Shown here: positions 1 to 12,514 of the stretch, piece by piece
Layout: every line of letters starts with the position of its first letter
How positions within the stretch are numbered: the stretch's first letter is position 1
Source: Cyanidioschyzon merolae
Taxonomy: Eukaryota
Length of the DNA stretch: 64,000 bases
Assembly: GCA_000091205.1 (NCBI GenBank)
Contig: AP006500.2
Strand: one strand, 5' to 3'
The notes under the pieces: model-generated
The model's input: the letters and a program-made list of their open reading frames with translations, nothing else
What the model was told of the DNA's origin: nothing
The model's database searches: none
Position numbers and translations under genes: made by a program

Positions 1-3000
1 CCCCCCATTTCCCCCCATATCCTTCGACTCCTACAAGTCGCGATGCTGATTCTTGTCGTTGATTCTTTTAATGTCCCGCAGTCTCGTTGGCGTTGCTTTC
101 TCGATGTTTTTCTTTTCTGGGTTTATTTTTTGTTAGTTGTTAGCGCATTCTGGCAATCCAGTTACTTTGGAGCTGTATTCGATAGGCAACAGTGGTCACT
201 TGGAATCAACGCTTACCTTTGTTTGTACGCGACCCTAAATTTCGTAGCGGGCCCGTAAACAAAGCTCTAGCTTACTTGCGCCTTTGCCGTTACTACCCAC
301 AAAGTATTTATTTTGTGCAACTCCAACCTGTCTCAGTTGCCTCACGATAATTATGCTTGATTCTGTTTTCTTACGCCTTTTGTATCTCTTGTTCTCTTTT
401 CTTGGGCGTTTTTGTTTACGATTGGTTATCTAGCCTTTCTTGTACTCCCGTTCGGTGACATGTCCATGTGCTGATTTTCATCGAGGCTCTACGTATCCTT
501 ACCCATGGGCTACGGCTCGTCACTAATTTTTTATCGATTAGGGTGCTGTGGAGCGATTGGTTTCGGTCTGTGTCTTTTTTCTTTTCTTTTAATGTCATTG
601 CCTGGTGTGAGCCCTGTTTTAATTCCGGGGCTGCAATGCCAAAGACAGCATTTGGCTTGTACGTTTTGGATTATCTGTTGGCTTGCACCCAGCACGCTTT
701 GGGGCCCGCCTGGGGAGCCCAGGCTCCTCCGAGCACCCCCATGCTTTACGGTTTTGATGACTTTTTTTCCTATGACAATGCGTTATCTGGAACTGGCGAT
801 CTCTTTGTTCGGTGCTTCAGTACACTTTTGTCTTTGCTCGTTTTTGCGCCCAAAATTTTTTTGCAGCACTAAATATATGCATTTTTCTGTTGCGGATCAT
901 ATCAAGCATGTCGTACGTTCCGCGGCGTATATTCAGTATAGAACGTCTTCTCATATTCATCATGGACTCCAACGCATTGCGCTCTCTTTAATGTTTCTGC
1001 GCAAGAGTGTACGATTGCGGTGCTCTACGGAACGATACTGCAGTCTTGTGCACTACTTTATGTTCCGTAGACTGCTATTGGAAATTCACGTATGTCGCAC
1101 TAGTGCAGGTATTGCATCGACTGCGATCGACTCACCGATAATCCATATTGCTTGTGTTCCGCTTTCCACATAATCTCCATCGTAGGCCTCTGGAATCTGC
1201 AAGGGGGACAAACTGTACCACCAGGTATCTTTTGCCTTTCGGGCTTCAGATGCCAATCTCTGGAATAGATATCGAATGCTTCGTGGGCTCCTACTCTATT
1301 TGAGACTGGATATACTCGTTAACATACTGTGTCACCCTTTTCATGGGCAAGATAACGCACACTACCATACCGCTTAGGAAAATGCGTGGCAGCAAATATG
1401 GGCGCCCAAATTCACAAATGAACATTCAGTACAGGCGTATACTTTCATTCGCTTGTCATGAAAGCCTTCATCACCATCGTTGGATCTGCCTCCCTGGCCG
1501 CCGCTTCTCGAGAATCCGGAATCCTCGCTCCGATTCCGGTATCCTCTTCCTGGGATACCTCGATATCTGCTGTCGAACTGGATCATCACCAGAACCTCCT
1601 TTACATCGCCAGACTGCAAGCTGTTATCCAAGTTTTTGTGTTTGTGCTCGATGGCAGGCTGCTATCGCTGCACAAGATGCCTGGTCATGCATTTTCTAGT
1701 GGCGTACCCCTATCGATCCAAAATCACGATTCCAACCATCATTATGCAGACAGACAAGCTCTTTCGACCACTTTCAATATGCCAAGTCTATTGACTATGA
1801 CAAGCTACTGCGTTAGCGATCCATTCGCCACATCTGCAAGCACCTACTTCGTGGCCGCCACGAATGAAGCGTAAATTTGCTGTTCCGCCCGTCCACGGCT
1901 GGTACTATCTTTCGGCTATCATCATGACACCCGCGGTATCCTTTCTGCCTAGGGTTGCATCTAAGTTCCGTCGCACCGGTGCTCGCAAGCGTGCCAGAGC
2001 CCAACGCACGCCATCCCTTGCGACGCATACTACCCGAAGAAATCAACTCTTGCACCGTCTACAACGAAGAGCCCCGATCACGCCGGCTATTCTTGCCTTC
2101 CGTCTACACTCAAAGCGATCCTGGTCGGCACTGCAGGGTCTCGCTAGTTCAGGTCAGCATCCAGGTTGGCGTCGCTTTATAAGATCATGTCTGCGAAAAG
2201 CACCTCAATCCTTTACACTATTAGTCGATGGCCCCCGCTAAGATATAGCTGCGATGTCCATCACATGACGAAGACTTCGGCAACTATGGAAATCGTGAAG
2301 CTTGAGATCTTTTTTATTCGTTACATCTTATTGTGCATCTCGGTTTTTTTCTTAACCGAAGGACAAGTGTCCATTCATCAGCAGTAGATTCAATCATAGG
2401 GTATCTCGCAACGAACTTGCACATAATCGATAGGTACGGTTACAGAATGAGAGCTCCTAGGTTGCCTTCAATTCTGCTCGCCGTGCTGCGGTAACTCTCA
2501 CTTTGGCTAGATTCGCCCCCTGGATCTCGCTGTGCGCTCTATCTTGCCTGTACGCTTTAGCACGCTTGCGACATGTCCATGGTCTTACAGCGTACTTGCG
2601 CCCTCTGCTTGGAGTCATTTTCTCGACAACAAGCCCAAATCGGGGACTTGATCCCAACAGTGCGCTACAGTCGATTTTGGACACTTTTTGTATAACAGAC
2701 AGCAGGCAAGAGTCTGAGAACTTCTGAGGCGACCCTTCCGCATTTGGAGCAGGCAACATGCGCTTTCGATGCTAGAGCTGTACGTGCGCTGTGAGGCTGG
2801 TAGCTCTGCGACTTTCTTACTCAGCGACGCTGCTGCAGATGAAATGGATTCAGTGATATATACGCTTACCCTAGGAATACCGTATTCTGGTGAAATGTTC
2901 AGTTGCACGGATAGAATTGCACTTGCTCTGGAACTACTATTCGTGGGCAGAATCCATGCTAGTACACCAATCCTACAATGCTTACATCCCTTTGCGTCGT

Positions 3001-3237
3001 CGCAGCAAAACTCACTAGTCGCTACCTGTGCACCGGGTTTCCAGGGCAACGAAGGCAAAGGTTTGCAACCCACCGACGTCGCCGTAAAAGCAATATTCAT
3101 AGGCACGCTCGTGCTCATAGGAAATCATTCCTCTACGTTCCGAGAGAGATTCCCAGTCCAGTCGTTCCATGTGTATCGCCTCTGAATCACGGCCCATGGG
3201 CAGGATTTCAGAGTGCTCTCCGCGCACATCTGTAGCC

Positions 3238-3275
3238 GCATTCATTCATTCGTTCGTTCATTCATTCGTATTCAC
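3238..3275. repeat. Simple repeat (TTCATTCG)n-like; a related copy lies at 57098-57125.
   Basis: Direct reading: ttcattcattcgttcgttcattcattcg. Confidence 0.8.
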
Positions 3276-3368
3276 CGATCTTGTGTACATGTCTGCAACA
3301 TTGTCATAACAGAGGATCAGCATAGACATGATATAGACCTTAAACGACGTAAACGTCAACGCGCATAC

Positions 3369-6125
3369 TCAAGCAGAAACTGAAGCTGAACCCGAAACCG
3401 ATGTTGACGCACTCGCAGACACCGCCGCAGAAGCTGTCGCAGACACCGTCGCAGAGGGTGTCGCTGTCGCAGCCACGGGACTCGGAGTCGGTGTTGAACT
3501 AATCACGACACACTGGTTGTTGATGCACTCCTCGTCAGCGCGGCAGCAACGCATCTTGTTCACAAGGTTATCCGAAGGGATCAGGTACGTCCCGCACTGC
3601 TTCGTAGGGTCCTTGCACACACAGAATGACGGCAGCAGCACCTGTTGTTGTTGCTGCTGCTGTTGCAATTGTTGCTGCAGTTGCTGGTTATTGTTGTTGC
3701 TGAACGGGATGTACGTGCAGTTCTGCGTCTCGGCGTTGCAGCACTCAGGGCCGCAAGCAATATAGCTCGAGTTCGATACGTTGCTAGTGGTGCCGCTCAG
3801 CGAGTTCGACACAAACCCGTAGGTCTGGCACACGTACTCGGTAACCGGCTGGAAGCACTCGTTGCCGAGCCCCAGGCAGCAACCAGCCTCCAGACACTGC
3901 TGCGGCGAGTAGCTCGTGCGCTGCGTCCCGTGCTGCTCTCCGTACAGGAGCGTGTTCAGCAGACGCACAAACTGGCTACTGTTGATGTTATTGTTGGTCA
4001 GCTGCTGGTTCTGATTCACCGCGTTCGTGCACGGCTGGCGCTCAAACTCACCCACCGCGCACGTCTTCTCGGGCTGGAAGCAGTACGGGTTCGACGCAAA
4101 GTCGCTCTGCTGCTTGCCGTTCTGCACCCACAGGTTCTGCGCCTGCGAGTCGTAGCAGCAGCCCTGGGCATAGCACGTAAACTGGTTGATACCCGCGTTA
4201 CCACACGGCTGGCGCTGCGCTCCCGGTGACGGGCAGACGGGCACCGGTGCCTGCACCTCCTGTAGCGCTACAGAAGCCTGGGGTGCATGGTCGATGTTGT
4301 AGTAGCACCAGGGCGCGAGGATGCCGTTCGCTGTTGGCTGCCAGCAGCATCCCGGTATCGCAGTGCACTCGTCGGGATAGATGTAGCTCCAGCCGCAGGG
4401 GACGCGCTGTGTCACTGGAACAGCGCTGCACGCCGCTGAGACGCTTTTCAGGGTGCACGCGTTTGTCTGGGCGTTGAAGCAGCATCCGACTTGCTCGCAA
4501 GCGTCCTGGTTCGTGTATTGTCCCGGGGAACCGCAGATCTCATTGGTGCACACGGGAGTAGATGTAGGCGTTGGCGTCAGTGTGAACGTCGAGGTTACGG
4601 TTGCTGTTATCGTAGGTGTAGCCGTAGATGAAGCGGTTGCCGAGAATGTTGGGGTCGATGTAGGAGTTGGCGTTGATGTTGGCGTAGGCGTAGAGGTAGG
4701 CGTAAAGAACGTTTCACGCAGTGCGAAAACATCATTGAAATAGCCATGTCGGCTAGTGTTTGAGTATCCGAATCCGCCAAATAGGATCGGATCGGTCCCA
4801 CTTGTATTCCAGAAAGCTGGTCCTAAGCGACCGCCAGGTACAACACTCGAGCTGGACTCGTTCAAAACTCCATATACTGAAAGAGCATCCACACTTTGGC
4901 TTCCATTGATCCACGCCCACTGACCAAGTGTGATATCAAATACCCAAAGATCGTTCAAAAAGCCAAAGGATTCGCTCGTATTGGCGAGTCCCTCACCGCC
5001 AAACAGCTGTAGATTACCCAAAGAATCCACAAAACTTACGCCTGAGTCTCTTGCACCTGGGTAACTGGTTGGGGAGAAAGCACCGAGAGTTCCATAAGAC
5101 CCTGGATTATTAATAGTTGTATTTCCTGCAATCAAAATCCATACGGATTGACTTATATTGTAGACCCAGAGATCATTGAAGTCCCCTCCTCCTAGTGCTG
5201 TGCTGTTTTCGAAGCCAAAACCACCGAACAACCAAAGATTTCCTTCAAAATCTGTCCAAGTATACGAGCCGCTGCGCGCACCTGGGGCATTTGAGTTGCT
5301 CGCCACGCCAGGTGCGCTATAGTTACCAGGCTGGTTAACAAGTTGTGATCCGCCTCTGTATGCCCATTCGAATGTAACAGGGTTGAATGACCAGAGATCT
5401 GACAAAATATCCAGCCCATTATTTGTCCCACCACCAAACAACCAAAACAGACCGTCTGCGCCTAGCCAGAATGCCGCGCCATCTCGGCCTCCGGGGTTGT
5501 AAAATGGACCAAAGACGTCCTTCGGTCCATAGACTGGATTGGCGTTAATAGTATCATTCCCACTGAACCACGTCCAGATTCCCGTTTCAGTATCGTACCG
5601 CCACATGTCGTTCAGGTCTCCCGCATTACCGTTCACATCTAAGCCGAAGCCCCCAAACAACCAGAAATGCTGCTCGTCCGTCTGCCAATACGCACTTCCG
5701 TAACGACTGCCAGGTATATTGGCTATGCCGCCTACGCCAAGTGTCCCATATACTCCTGGTTGGTCGACTTCTGAGGAACCACCTATCCACGTCCACTCGA
5801 GCGAGGTCAGGTTGAATTTCCACAGATCATTAAGGAGGCCCCCTGTTGTGTTTCCATTCCCATCCCCGCCAAACAAGTACACTACGCTCGAACTTCCGAC
5901 CCAGGCTGCTGAATAGGCACGGCCTCCTGGAACACTCTCTGGAGACGTCTGGTTCAACGTTCCATACCTGCCAAAGTTACCAGTACCCGTCTCTCCTCCT
6001 ATCCAGGTCCAGCTAACCGTACTCACAGGCGACAACGCAGCTACAACCGACACGGAAAACGTCGCCGCCAACAATAGACAAACAGCAACAACCAGGCCAC
6101 GCGCCAGAGAAAGAGCTCGAAACAT
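3369..6125 (-). CDS. Secreted kelch-type beta-propeller protein with a Thr/Pro-rich linker and four Cys-rich (trefoil/P-like, C..GCC) modules; N-terminal signal peptide.
   Basis: 918-aa ORF. The N-terminus MFRALSLARGLVVAVCLLLAATFSVSVVAA looks like a signal peptide. The motif (W/L)TWIGG recurs at propeller-blade spacing. The linker is TPTSTPTPTSTPTPTSTP. Repeated cysteine modules include CEQVGCCFNA, CTAIPGCCWQP, CYAQGCCYDS and CLEAGCCLGL. A polyQ run comes from (CTG/TTG)n at about 3640-3710. The stop is TGA. Confidence 0.75.
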   Translation of the reverse strand: MFRALSLARGLVVAVCLLLAATFSVSVVAALSPVSTVSWTWIGGETGTGNFGRYGTLNQTSPESVPGGRAYSAAWVGSSSVVYLFGGDGNGNTTGGLLNDLWKFNLTSLEWTWIGGSSEVDQPGVYGTLGVGGIANIPGSRYGSAYWQTDEQHFWLFGGFGLDVNGNAGDLNDMWRYDTETGIWTWFSGNDTINANPVYGPKDVFGPFYNPGGRDGAAFWLGADGLFWLFGGGTNNGLDILSDLWSFNPVTFEWAYRGGSQLVNQPGNYSAPGVASNSNAPGARSGSYTWTDFEGNLWLFGGFGFENSTALGGGDFNDLWVYNISQSVWILIAGNTTINNPGSYGTLGAFSPTSYPGARDSGVSFVDSLGNLQLFGGEGLANTSESFGFLNDLWVFDITLGQWAWINGSQSVDALSVYGVLNESSSSVVPGGRLGPAFWNTSGTDPILFGGFGYSNTSRHGYFNDVFALRETFFTPTSTPTPTSTPTPTSTPTFSATASSTATPTITATVTSTFTLTPTPTSTPVCTNEICGSPGQYTNQDACEQVGCCFNAQTNACTLKSVSAACSAVPVTQRVPCGWSYIYPDECTAIPGCCWQPTANGILAPWCYYNIDHAPQASVALQEVQAPVPVCPSPGAQRQPCGNAGINQFTCYAQGCCYDSQAQNLWVQNGKQQSDFASNPYCFQPEKTCAVGEFERQPCTNAVNQNQQLTNNNINSSQFVRLLNTLLYGEQHGTQRTSYSPQQCLEAGCCLGLGNECFQPVTEYVCQTYGFVSNSLSGTTSNVSNSSYIACGPECCNAETQNCTYIPFSNNNNQQLQQQLQQQQQQQQVLLPSFCVCKDPTKQCGTYLIPSDNLVNKMRCCRADEECINNQCVVISSTPTPSPVAATATPSATVSATASAAVSASASTSVSGSASVSA

Positions 6126-8914
6126 CTCGTTCGACGCTCTCTCAGTCCAATAAATACGGATATTTGTTCTTTCTCGAGTGAATATATCTTCACTATTGTT
6201 TTTTCGTTATGGCCAACACGAACGTAACCGCCGTGTGTTGTGAAAGCCAAAACAACAACGCACAACGTGATAGCGCCAAAAACGCGAAACGCGCGCGCGC
6301 ACTGCAGAGGAATTTGAATTGGGGTCATCATGATGCGATGAAGAATTCACGTTGATGTCGAGACTGGAGCGTAACGGACGTACGGAGATCGGGGTACATA
6401 GTCCGAAATATCCAAGTTGAAAGAGGTACTAAAAACTATATATAGGCTAGTGGGATTTCATTCGAATGAGTAACTCCCGAGTACTGCTCCTTCCAGGTGC
6501 GAGTCAGCAGGGTTCTGCAGGTCACGGCTCTGGGTAAGAAGGATAGCGAATAACAAACTATCGGTTGCTGAGGTTCGTCTTCCACCTGAAAGGCAGATGA
6601 ATCTCTAAGGCGTATTTTCTATTTTATATTTTAGGGAGACGATTGTAGTGGAAGTATTCGGTGTTAGATTTATTGTGTTGCAGTCCTGTTCTCGTGGTGA
6701 CAGCCAAGCTGAGTAGTTGGGAGGTTTATGTAGGTCTGTACCATTGGTATTTGTCTTAGATAAGAAACATTAACTAGTGAGCTCCAATATTTCTATTGCG
6801 AGGAATACTAAACAATATTGCTCGCGAGGAATGTGGTCTCTGATTCGGGACCCTCCCTCGTTGCTCGAAAACACCCGCACATGTCCGTACCCATGCTTCA
6901 GCTATCAACCCACGAAGTGGGAACTCGTAAGTCACTTCTTCATCTAACCGTATTCGGCGTAAGCTTTGAGCATGTATTTCAACTGCCGCTGGCAAGCCTT
7001 GCATCACCATGCATTTGCAGGGCTGGCGCAGACCAATGATCCGCGTAGAATACTTTCACAATCGGAGACTTCCTCACGTTTCATCCAATATACCGAAAAA
7101 TCCTCCGTGGAGTGTATTTTTACATCCCCGCCCCGGAAAGAGAGCTCTGTTGCTGCAGATGACACTATCTACATGAATGTCGGCCTCGATCCGTAACCCG
7201 CCAAGGGCGTCATGACACCAATGAATATCCATGCTCGCATTTCGGAGTGGGAACTTGTTGAACTTTGAAAATGCTCTAGTCTGAATTGGTCTTTTGGCAG
7301 CAGCCAAGATAATGGTCCAACGTCTGGGGGCTCGAGAACTGAAATCAGATCATGTTTGCCTGCTTGATCAGAGTCGCTGAATGTGTAGCTGCTTTTTCAA
7401 GACGGTGCCTAGCATCATGAACAATTGTATTCCCAGAGGCGTCGTTCCGTAACTGTTTAGTTGAGTAGCGGGCAATTTATAAGTACCATATACACCTTTG
7501 GCGATCCGACAGTCTTCCCAGCAGGATCCACGAAAATCTCCGCATAGTTATCGAGCAAACAGCGAGACTTGGCGACCAAGTCTACGGACAAATTCTATCT
7601 CGAACTTCAACCGTGCTCAGGCAATGATGCCAGCACCTGTTTCGCAATGTGCTTTTCATACAGCACATTGCCCAGTACATATCCTTTCTTCTTGAACGCT
7701 CTCCCCAGACATATTGCCCTGGATTCCTTGTTCTCTTTTGTCCAATGATTCGCGGGAGGCACGATCACCGGCTCTGTCAGTGAGCGGAGCCATGATCCAT
7801 TCCTTGGGCCTCTCGCATTGTTCTGTGTTCGATGGCTCGCTGCTACGGCTTCATCGGAGTTTATTTGGATTTTCTCGCATGCGAAGGCGCGTTCTGGAGT
7901 TTAGAGCTTCTTCATGCTACGATCTAGCTTCTGAAATATTTTTCGCAATCTAACCTGCGGGCTGCTTGCGTGGTTCAGCTGCTTACCCTACAGTATCCAA
8001 AGAAAACAGAAAACAGAAGCTAAATACATGCTCGCAACTAGATATTCGCAATTTATCCCCCAGAGTAGAAGTTGAAAGCCGAAATCAACCTTCAATTTGA
8101 CGATTCGCCTTCTTGGCAGAATCTGCCTCGAAAGGGTAAAATCTGTGGAGATGGTACATCCCGTTTCCTCGCCGTAGTGGCGGTGTTCAAACACGACCCA
8201 CGTTGCTCCTCTTCGGCACCGCTTTCCCAGTACACACGGGGAAGGCTGTGTTGGTCAGCACCGTGCCGTAGTAGTCTAGCTTCTTCTAGCCCGCCACTCG
8301 ATGGCTGTCGCTCGGCTGTCGCAGACTAATGACATGTCCTAGCGCACTGCCCGGAAGGTACGACCCACTAATATAACATGAGAGACCGCTCTGCAACTCG
8401 TAGAATCCATTCAAATTCGGAAGAGGGCACTCATAGCATCCCCTGTACCCAGGCAGCTCCTAGGGACCAGGGAAATCCTGATTCCATGCATCTGTCTCAC
8501 GGCCGGAGCAAAAGAATCGGATGCATTTCATATTCAGTACCAGGTCCCACGATGAGATTCAACAATAAATGTCCCTAATTCTGAACGCTTTCGCGTACAC
8601 TCCAGAGCGGATACGCTATATGCAGTGGCCGCACATATGCTCTACACTCACGGACGACCGATTTTAGCATACTCTGGCGCATTCGATGCGAAGTAGGTCA
8701 TAGCTATAGCTATATTAATCACTATTGCAGTACGCTTCATGACTCGCGGAGCGATTTTGGTTCACCACGTCAGGAGGAGTGCCCTCTCACCCGATCACTA
8801 TCCTAGTATGACTGTGGCATGCCGTCTCATCCGTACGCTGTTGCTCCCACATCCGTCCTTGACGCAGCGGTCTGCGCTCCGAAGCCCGCATCTCATTTTC
8901 ATCACTAACAAACC

Positions 8915-10174
8915 TTAGACAGGGGCCAAGATAGTCGACTTGAGGCTTCGCCGCCGCAACGCCTGGTCGATCAGATCAAGACTCAGTTCGTAAAGCTGAT
9001 CTGCCTTGTCGATTTCGTATGTTGGTTCAATAACCTGCGGTTTCGTCTTCTATCCCCCATCCGTTTATTTGCCACGCCACTGATAATACGAGCCCGAGTC
9101 CGAGAACTGTCCCTGGGTCGCCACTTCGGCTACGCGGCGGCCGGCCTCATCATTCGGAACGTATTGCCGAGTGATGTACTTCTGAAGAATCGGGAAGAAT
9201 ACGCAGCGGAACCAGCCACGCTTTTCGCGGAAGAGGTTGCTGTCGGCGACACATCCCGGAAAAATCGCCACAGAGGTCACCCCGCCGCGGCCGTATCGAT
9301 CACTGAGCGCCTTCGTTGTTAACACCTTCGCGGCTTTGGCGTCTTTGTAGGCTTTTGTGGGCTCAAACGGACTATTCTCTTCCATGCCAGTCGTCTACGG
9401 ACCGAGCCCTGCGGCTAGACCAGACAAATCACCAAGACGAGCCTGCGGGGGGATCTTTCCCGGCAACGAATTCGGCGAGTGTGTCTGAGTTGTCAGAAAC
9501 ACAATGCGCCCGCGCGATATTTTCAGCTTCGGCAACAGCTCCCGACATAGAAGCAAATGGCTCAGATGGCATACCTGCATGGTTTCCTCGATGCCGTCCA
9601 CCGTGAAACGCCGTTTCTTGTCCGGCGGATGCCAGAGTGCGGCATTGCAGATCAGGGCATCCATGTGATCAACGCGCGCCACACTCTATTGCTCTCTCAC
9701 AAACTTTAGTACAGAGGCGAAATCAGCCAGATCACAATGCAGCACTGTATAGGCGTCCTTTGGAAGGTTCACGCTGTTTGCTGCGCGTTCCGCCCGGTCG
9801 ACGTCACGACATGCCATGACGATGTTCCAGTTGCCCTTGTTGATCAGAGCGCGAGCTGCATACAGACCGACTCCAGAGCACGCGCCAGTGACCACGGCGA
9901 TCTGCGACTGTTTCGGGCCCATACGAAGATGCAGCGCGTGGTGCCGGCGCGCTACAGGCGATCGCTGCACCACCAAAGGAAGCGGATGCTGGCAGTAATG
10001 ACGATGTCCAGCTGTGAAGCACCTGTCACGTGCGGTACACAGCGGAAACGGTGCTCGAGTTGCAGCGGGTGCGCCAACTATGTGTTTTTCCTGGCACAGC
10101 GAAAAACAAACCAATACGTCTTGCAGTTTTTTGGGATAGATTTTCTCTGGTGGTAAAGCTGCCAACTTCATCAC
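8915..10174 (-). pseudogene. POR: Light-dependent protochlorophyllide oxidoreductase (POR)-like SDR gene. The frame is continuous but interrupted by four in-frame stop codons.
   Basis: The three listed ORF fragments (9686..10174, 9395..9682, 9065..9385) and a further downstream stretch (8918..9049) are all in one frame. Recognisable POR blocks are [26 protein letters not shown] (Rossmann GxxxGxG), DALICNAAL, RIVFLTTQT..LGDLSGLAAGL, KAYKDAKAAKVLT (catalytic YxxxK), IFPGCVADSNLFRE and FFPILQKYIT, plus a C-terminal DKADQLYELSLDLIDQAL resembling the POR C-terminus. The in-frame stops are TAG at 9686-9688, TAG at 9395-9397, TAA at 9065-9067 and TAG at 9050-9052. The final TAA is at 8915-8917. Confidence 0.7.
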
Positions 10175-12514
10175 CGACTAAAGTCGTTCGCGTACGCATG
10201 CATATCCAGTGAGAAATCCTTTTTTCGTTGCTGCACGAGTGATCGCCCGTCAATTGCACAGAGTCCGACTTGTAACTCCCGTAGACTGTCTAGCGTTAAG
10301 CGCATCGAGCACAAGCGCTCAATGTCTTATACAGAGACTAGGCAAAACTCGCAGTTTGCCGAGCAATAATCTCGTCAGTACTGGCCGGTAAGTGTTCCGC
10401 AATGCTGAGTTCAAAGATTACAATGATTGTTGAGGCACGTCGCAGCAGCTCACCGACGAATAACGTAGAGGAGGTACAAGGGACTTACTTCCGGTGGTAC
10501 GTTATTTTGGAAGCGTCTGCACGTCAGTTGGACACGTCACGTCTAGGGCGGGTCTCTCGCCACTACTGTGCACGGCCGGCGACAAAATTTTTCTTTTCAA
10601 GGTCATTTGTTGTTGGTTGTGTCGCTTACGAGCTCGCTGTACTGGTTGGACTCTTGAACTAATCTTATAAAGTAGATCGGAAAACAATATGTGCTTTTGT
10701 CGGATGCCTCGATCGTCCCAGGCGAGATGCAATGCTCAAACGTCGTGGCAGATATAGATGCTATATGTATGCTATGCTTCTGCCGAGATCGCCGGATCCG
10801 AAGGACGTACAGGACACCATAGCTTGTACAACGATGATAGCATGGAAATGACTTGAACTGGCATCAGACCCAGCCCATGACGCCGGATAGATGCAACTTT
10901 CAGGTCAGGTCCTTATTCCAGTGTCCGTGCGGCATGAATAACAAGCATAGGGATTAAAATTATATCCGTGGCCGGGAACACTACCGTACCTAGTTCGGTT
11001 ACGATCCATACAACAGCCGAAAATCCTATTGAGGAGAGTGATGCATACCTAATCCGCATGAGCGTAGGATACTACGATGACTACGCTTTTGATAGAAGCA
11101 TCGCGGAGTTTCGAGCCAGGTCTCAACATCCCGTCGTATGTCAGGGCGGTACTGCAATGGGGAGTAGCGTCGGCACCAGCGACAGAGTCTATAGCATGAT
11201 ATCGTTCTACGTGAGTTTCCGATCTACGATACTTTACTTCCGCTGCAGCGCGATGCGAACACGCATGAGCCACGGCGGCGTCGGACACGTGTCCTTCATC
11301 GATCGGTGAGGCGTCTCGCGCGGTGGACGCATTGTGCGCAGTGAGCGCATCTGGGAGATCGGGAAGTCACGTGACATGATGCGCATGCCGCCGTTGAAGG
11401 AAAACGCGATTGGGCTCAGTCGCGTGTTGTTCTACCGGAGAAAGTTGGATCTCCATCGAGGTCGTAAACAAGTGTAGTTATCAGTTCATTAGGTTCTGGA
11501 AATTCGAGCAAGTCTAGTCAAGTGTTTATCGCAGTACATGACAGAAGGGTTCAAAGAGCGTCCTTTTTCGAAAAAAAAAACTAAAAAAGGAAAGCTATGA
11601 AAAAACAAGTCGACGATCCTGGAGGCCCAGGGTCGCAGGCTGCCAGAAAAAATAATAAACAACAGTGACAAGTCCGGAAGAAAATGAAGAGAAGAAGAAG
11701 GACCGAAGGGGGGCCCTTCGTTGAAAGCTGCAAGAAAGACAACTTTACCACGAGAAGGTGGTGAAAGCCTTCCTTCTTGGACATATCAGACATCCCTGTA
11801 GGGAAAAGTTGCGAGACGCTATCGAAAAACGTGTCGACTCGAACTCCATGACTACCGTAAAGGCGTCGTCAGGACTTATGCATTTGGTGAGGGAGATGTG
11901 TCGCGACGTGATGCGCATGGAAACGGTCGAGATTCCGGACGAGTTTCATTGATACGATCTTTATTCGTCACCTGATTTTTGGTACAGAGGAAGCGCGGAA
12001 GGAAAACGAGCTGGTGCATGCTCTCCACGAAAAACATCCCTTTTACGGGCTCGAGAGTACTCCATACAAGTGAGACTGCAGTAATTACATCTACGGAACG
12101 ATGAAGTACCTCACGAACCTGACGAACCATTGACAATGAACCTCGAACTTTTCATAATACGCGCCGTGTTTGGACGTTACCCGAGCGTCTCTCGCAAAGG
12201 GGATATGGGCGATGATCAATTGCATCACGAAAGATCGAAAGTATGAAGATATGGTCGACTTTGTTGACAAGAAGGCGTCGAAAGAGAGCACGAATGAAGC
12301 TACTGTAATCCGTGCGGTTGTACATGAGCACTGTTTAGTCTTGGGGCTGGCGAATCCAGCGGAAATGGCATCATATATAGAAAAAAGATGAAAAAAGATG
12401 TTATCACCTCATCTTGCTCTATTTCGTATTCCTGAATCGAGTACGCGAACGCAAGGCAGAGATGAAGCCTAGTGAGGAGAACATGAAGCGTGGGGGAGAC
12501 GGAAGGCGTCCCTA

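Noticed and set aside
468-1173. Overlapping ORFs 468..872 and 505..1173 (+) as a gene.
   Set aside because: There are two overlapping frames, neither with recognisable motifs. The compositions are hydrophobic and Cys/Leu/Phe-rich, typical of T-rich non-coding sequence.
8915-10174. Genome-wide reassignment of TAG/TAA to sense codons as the explanation for the in-frame stops in the POR-like gene.
   Set aside because: Other well-conserved genes in the same window terminate where their homologs end, using all three stops: TOR ends ..GWCNCW then TAG; SQD1 ends with TAG; G6PD with TAA; Ubc13 ends ..EYAK then TGA; SQD2 with TGA. A locus-specific explanation is needed instead: pseudogene, readthrough, or an error.
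8915-10174. Tiny introns separating the POR fragments.
   Set aside because: Each interruption is a single in-frame stop codon, with flanking residues aligning to POR without any gap. There is no room for an intron and no frame change.
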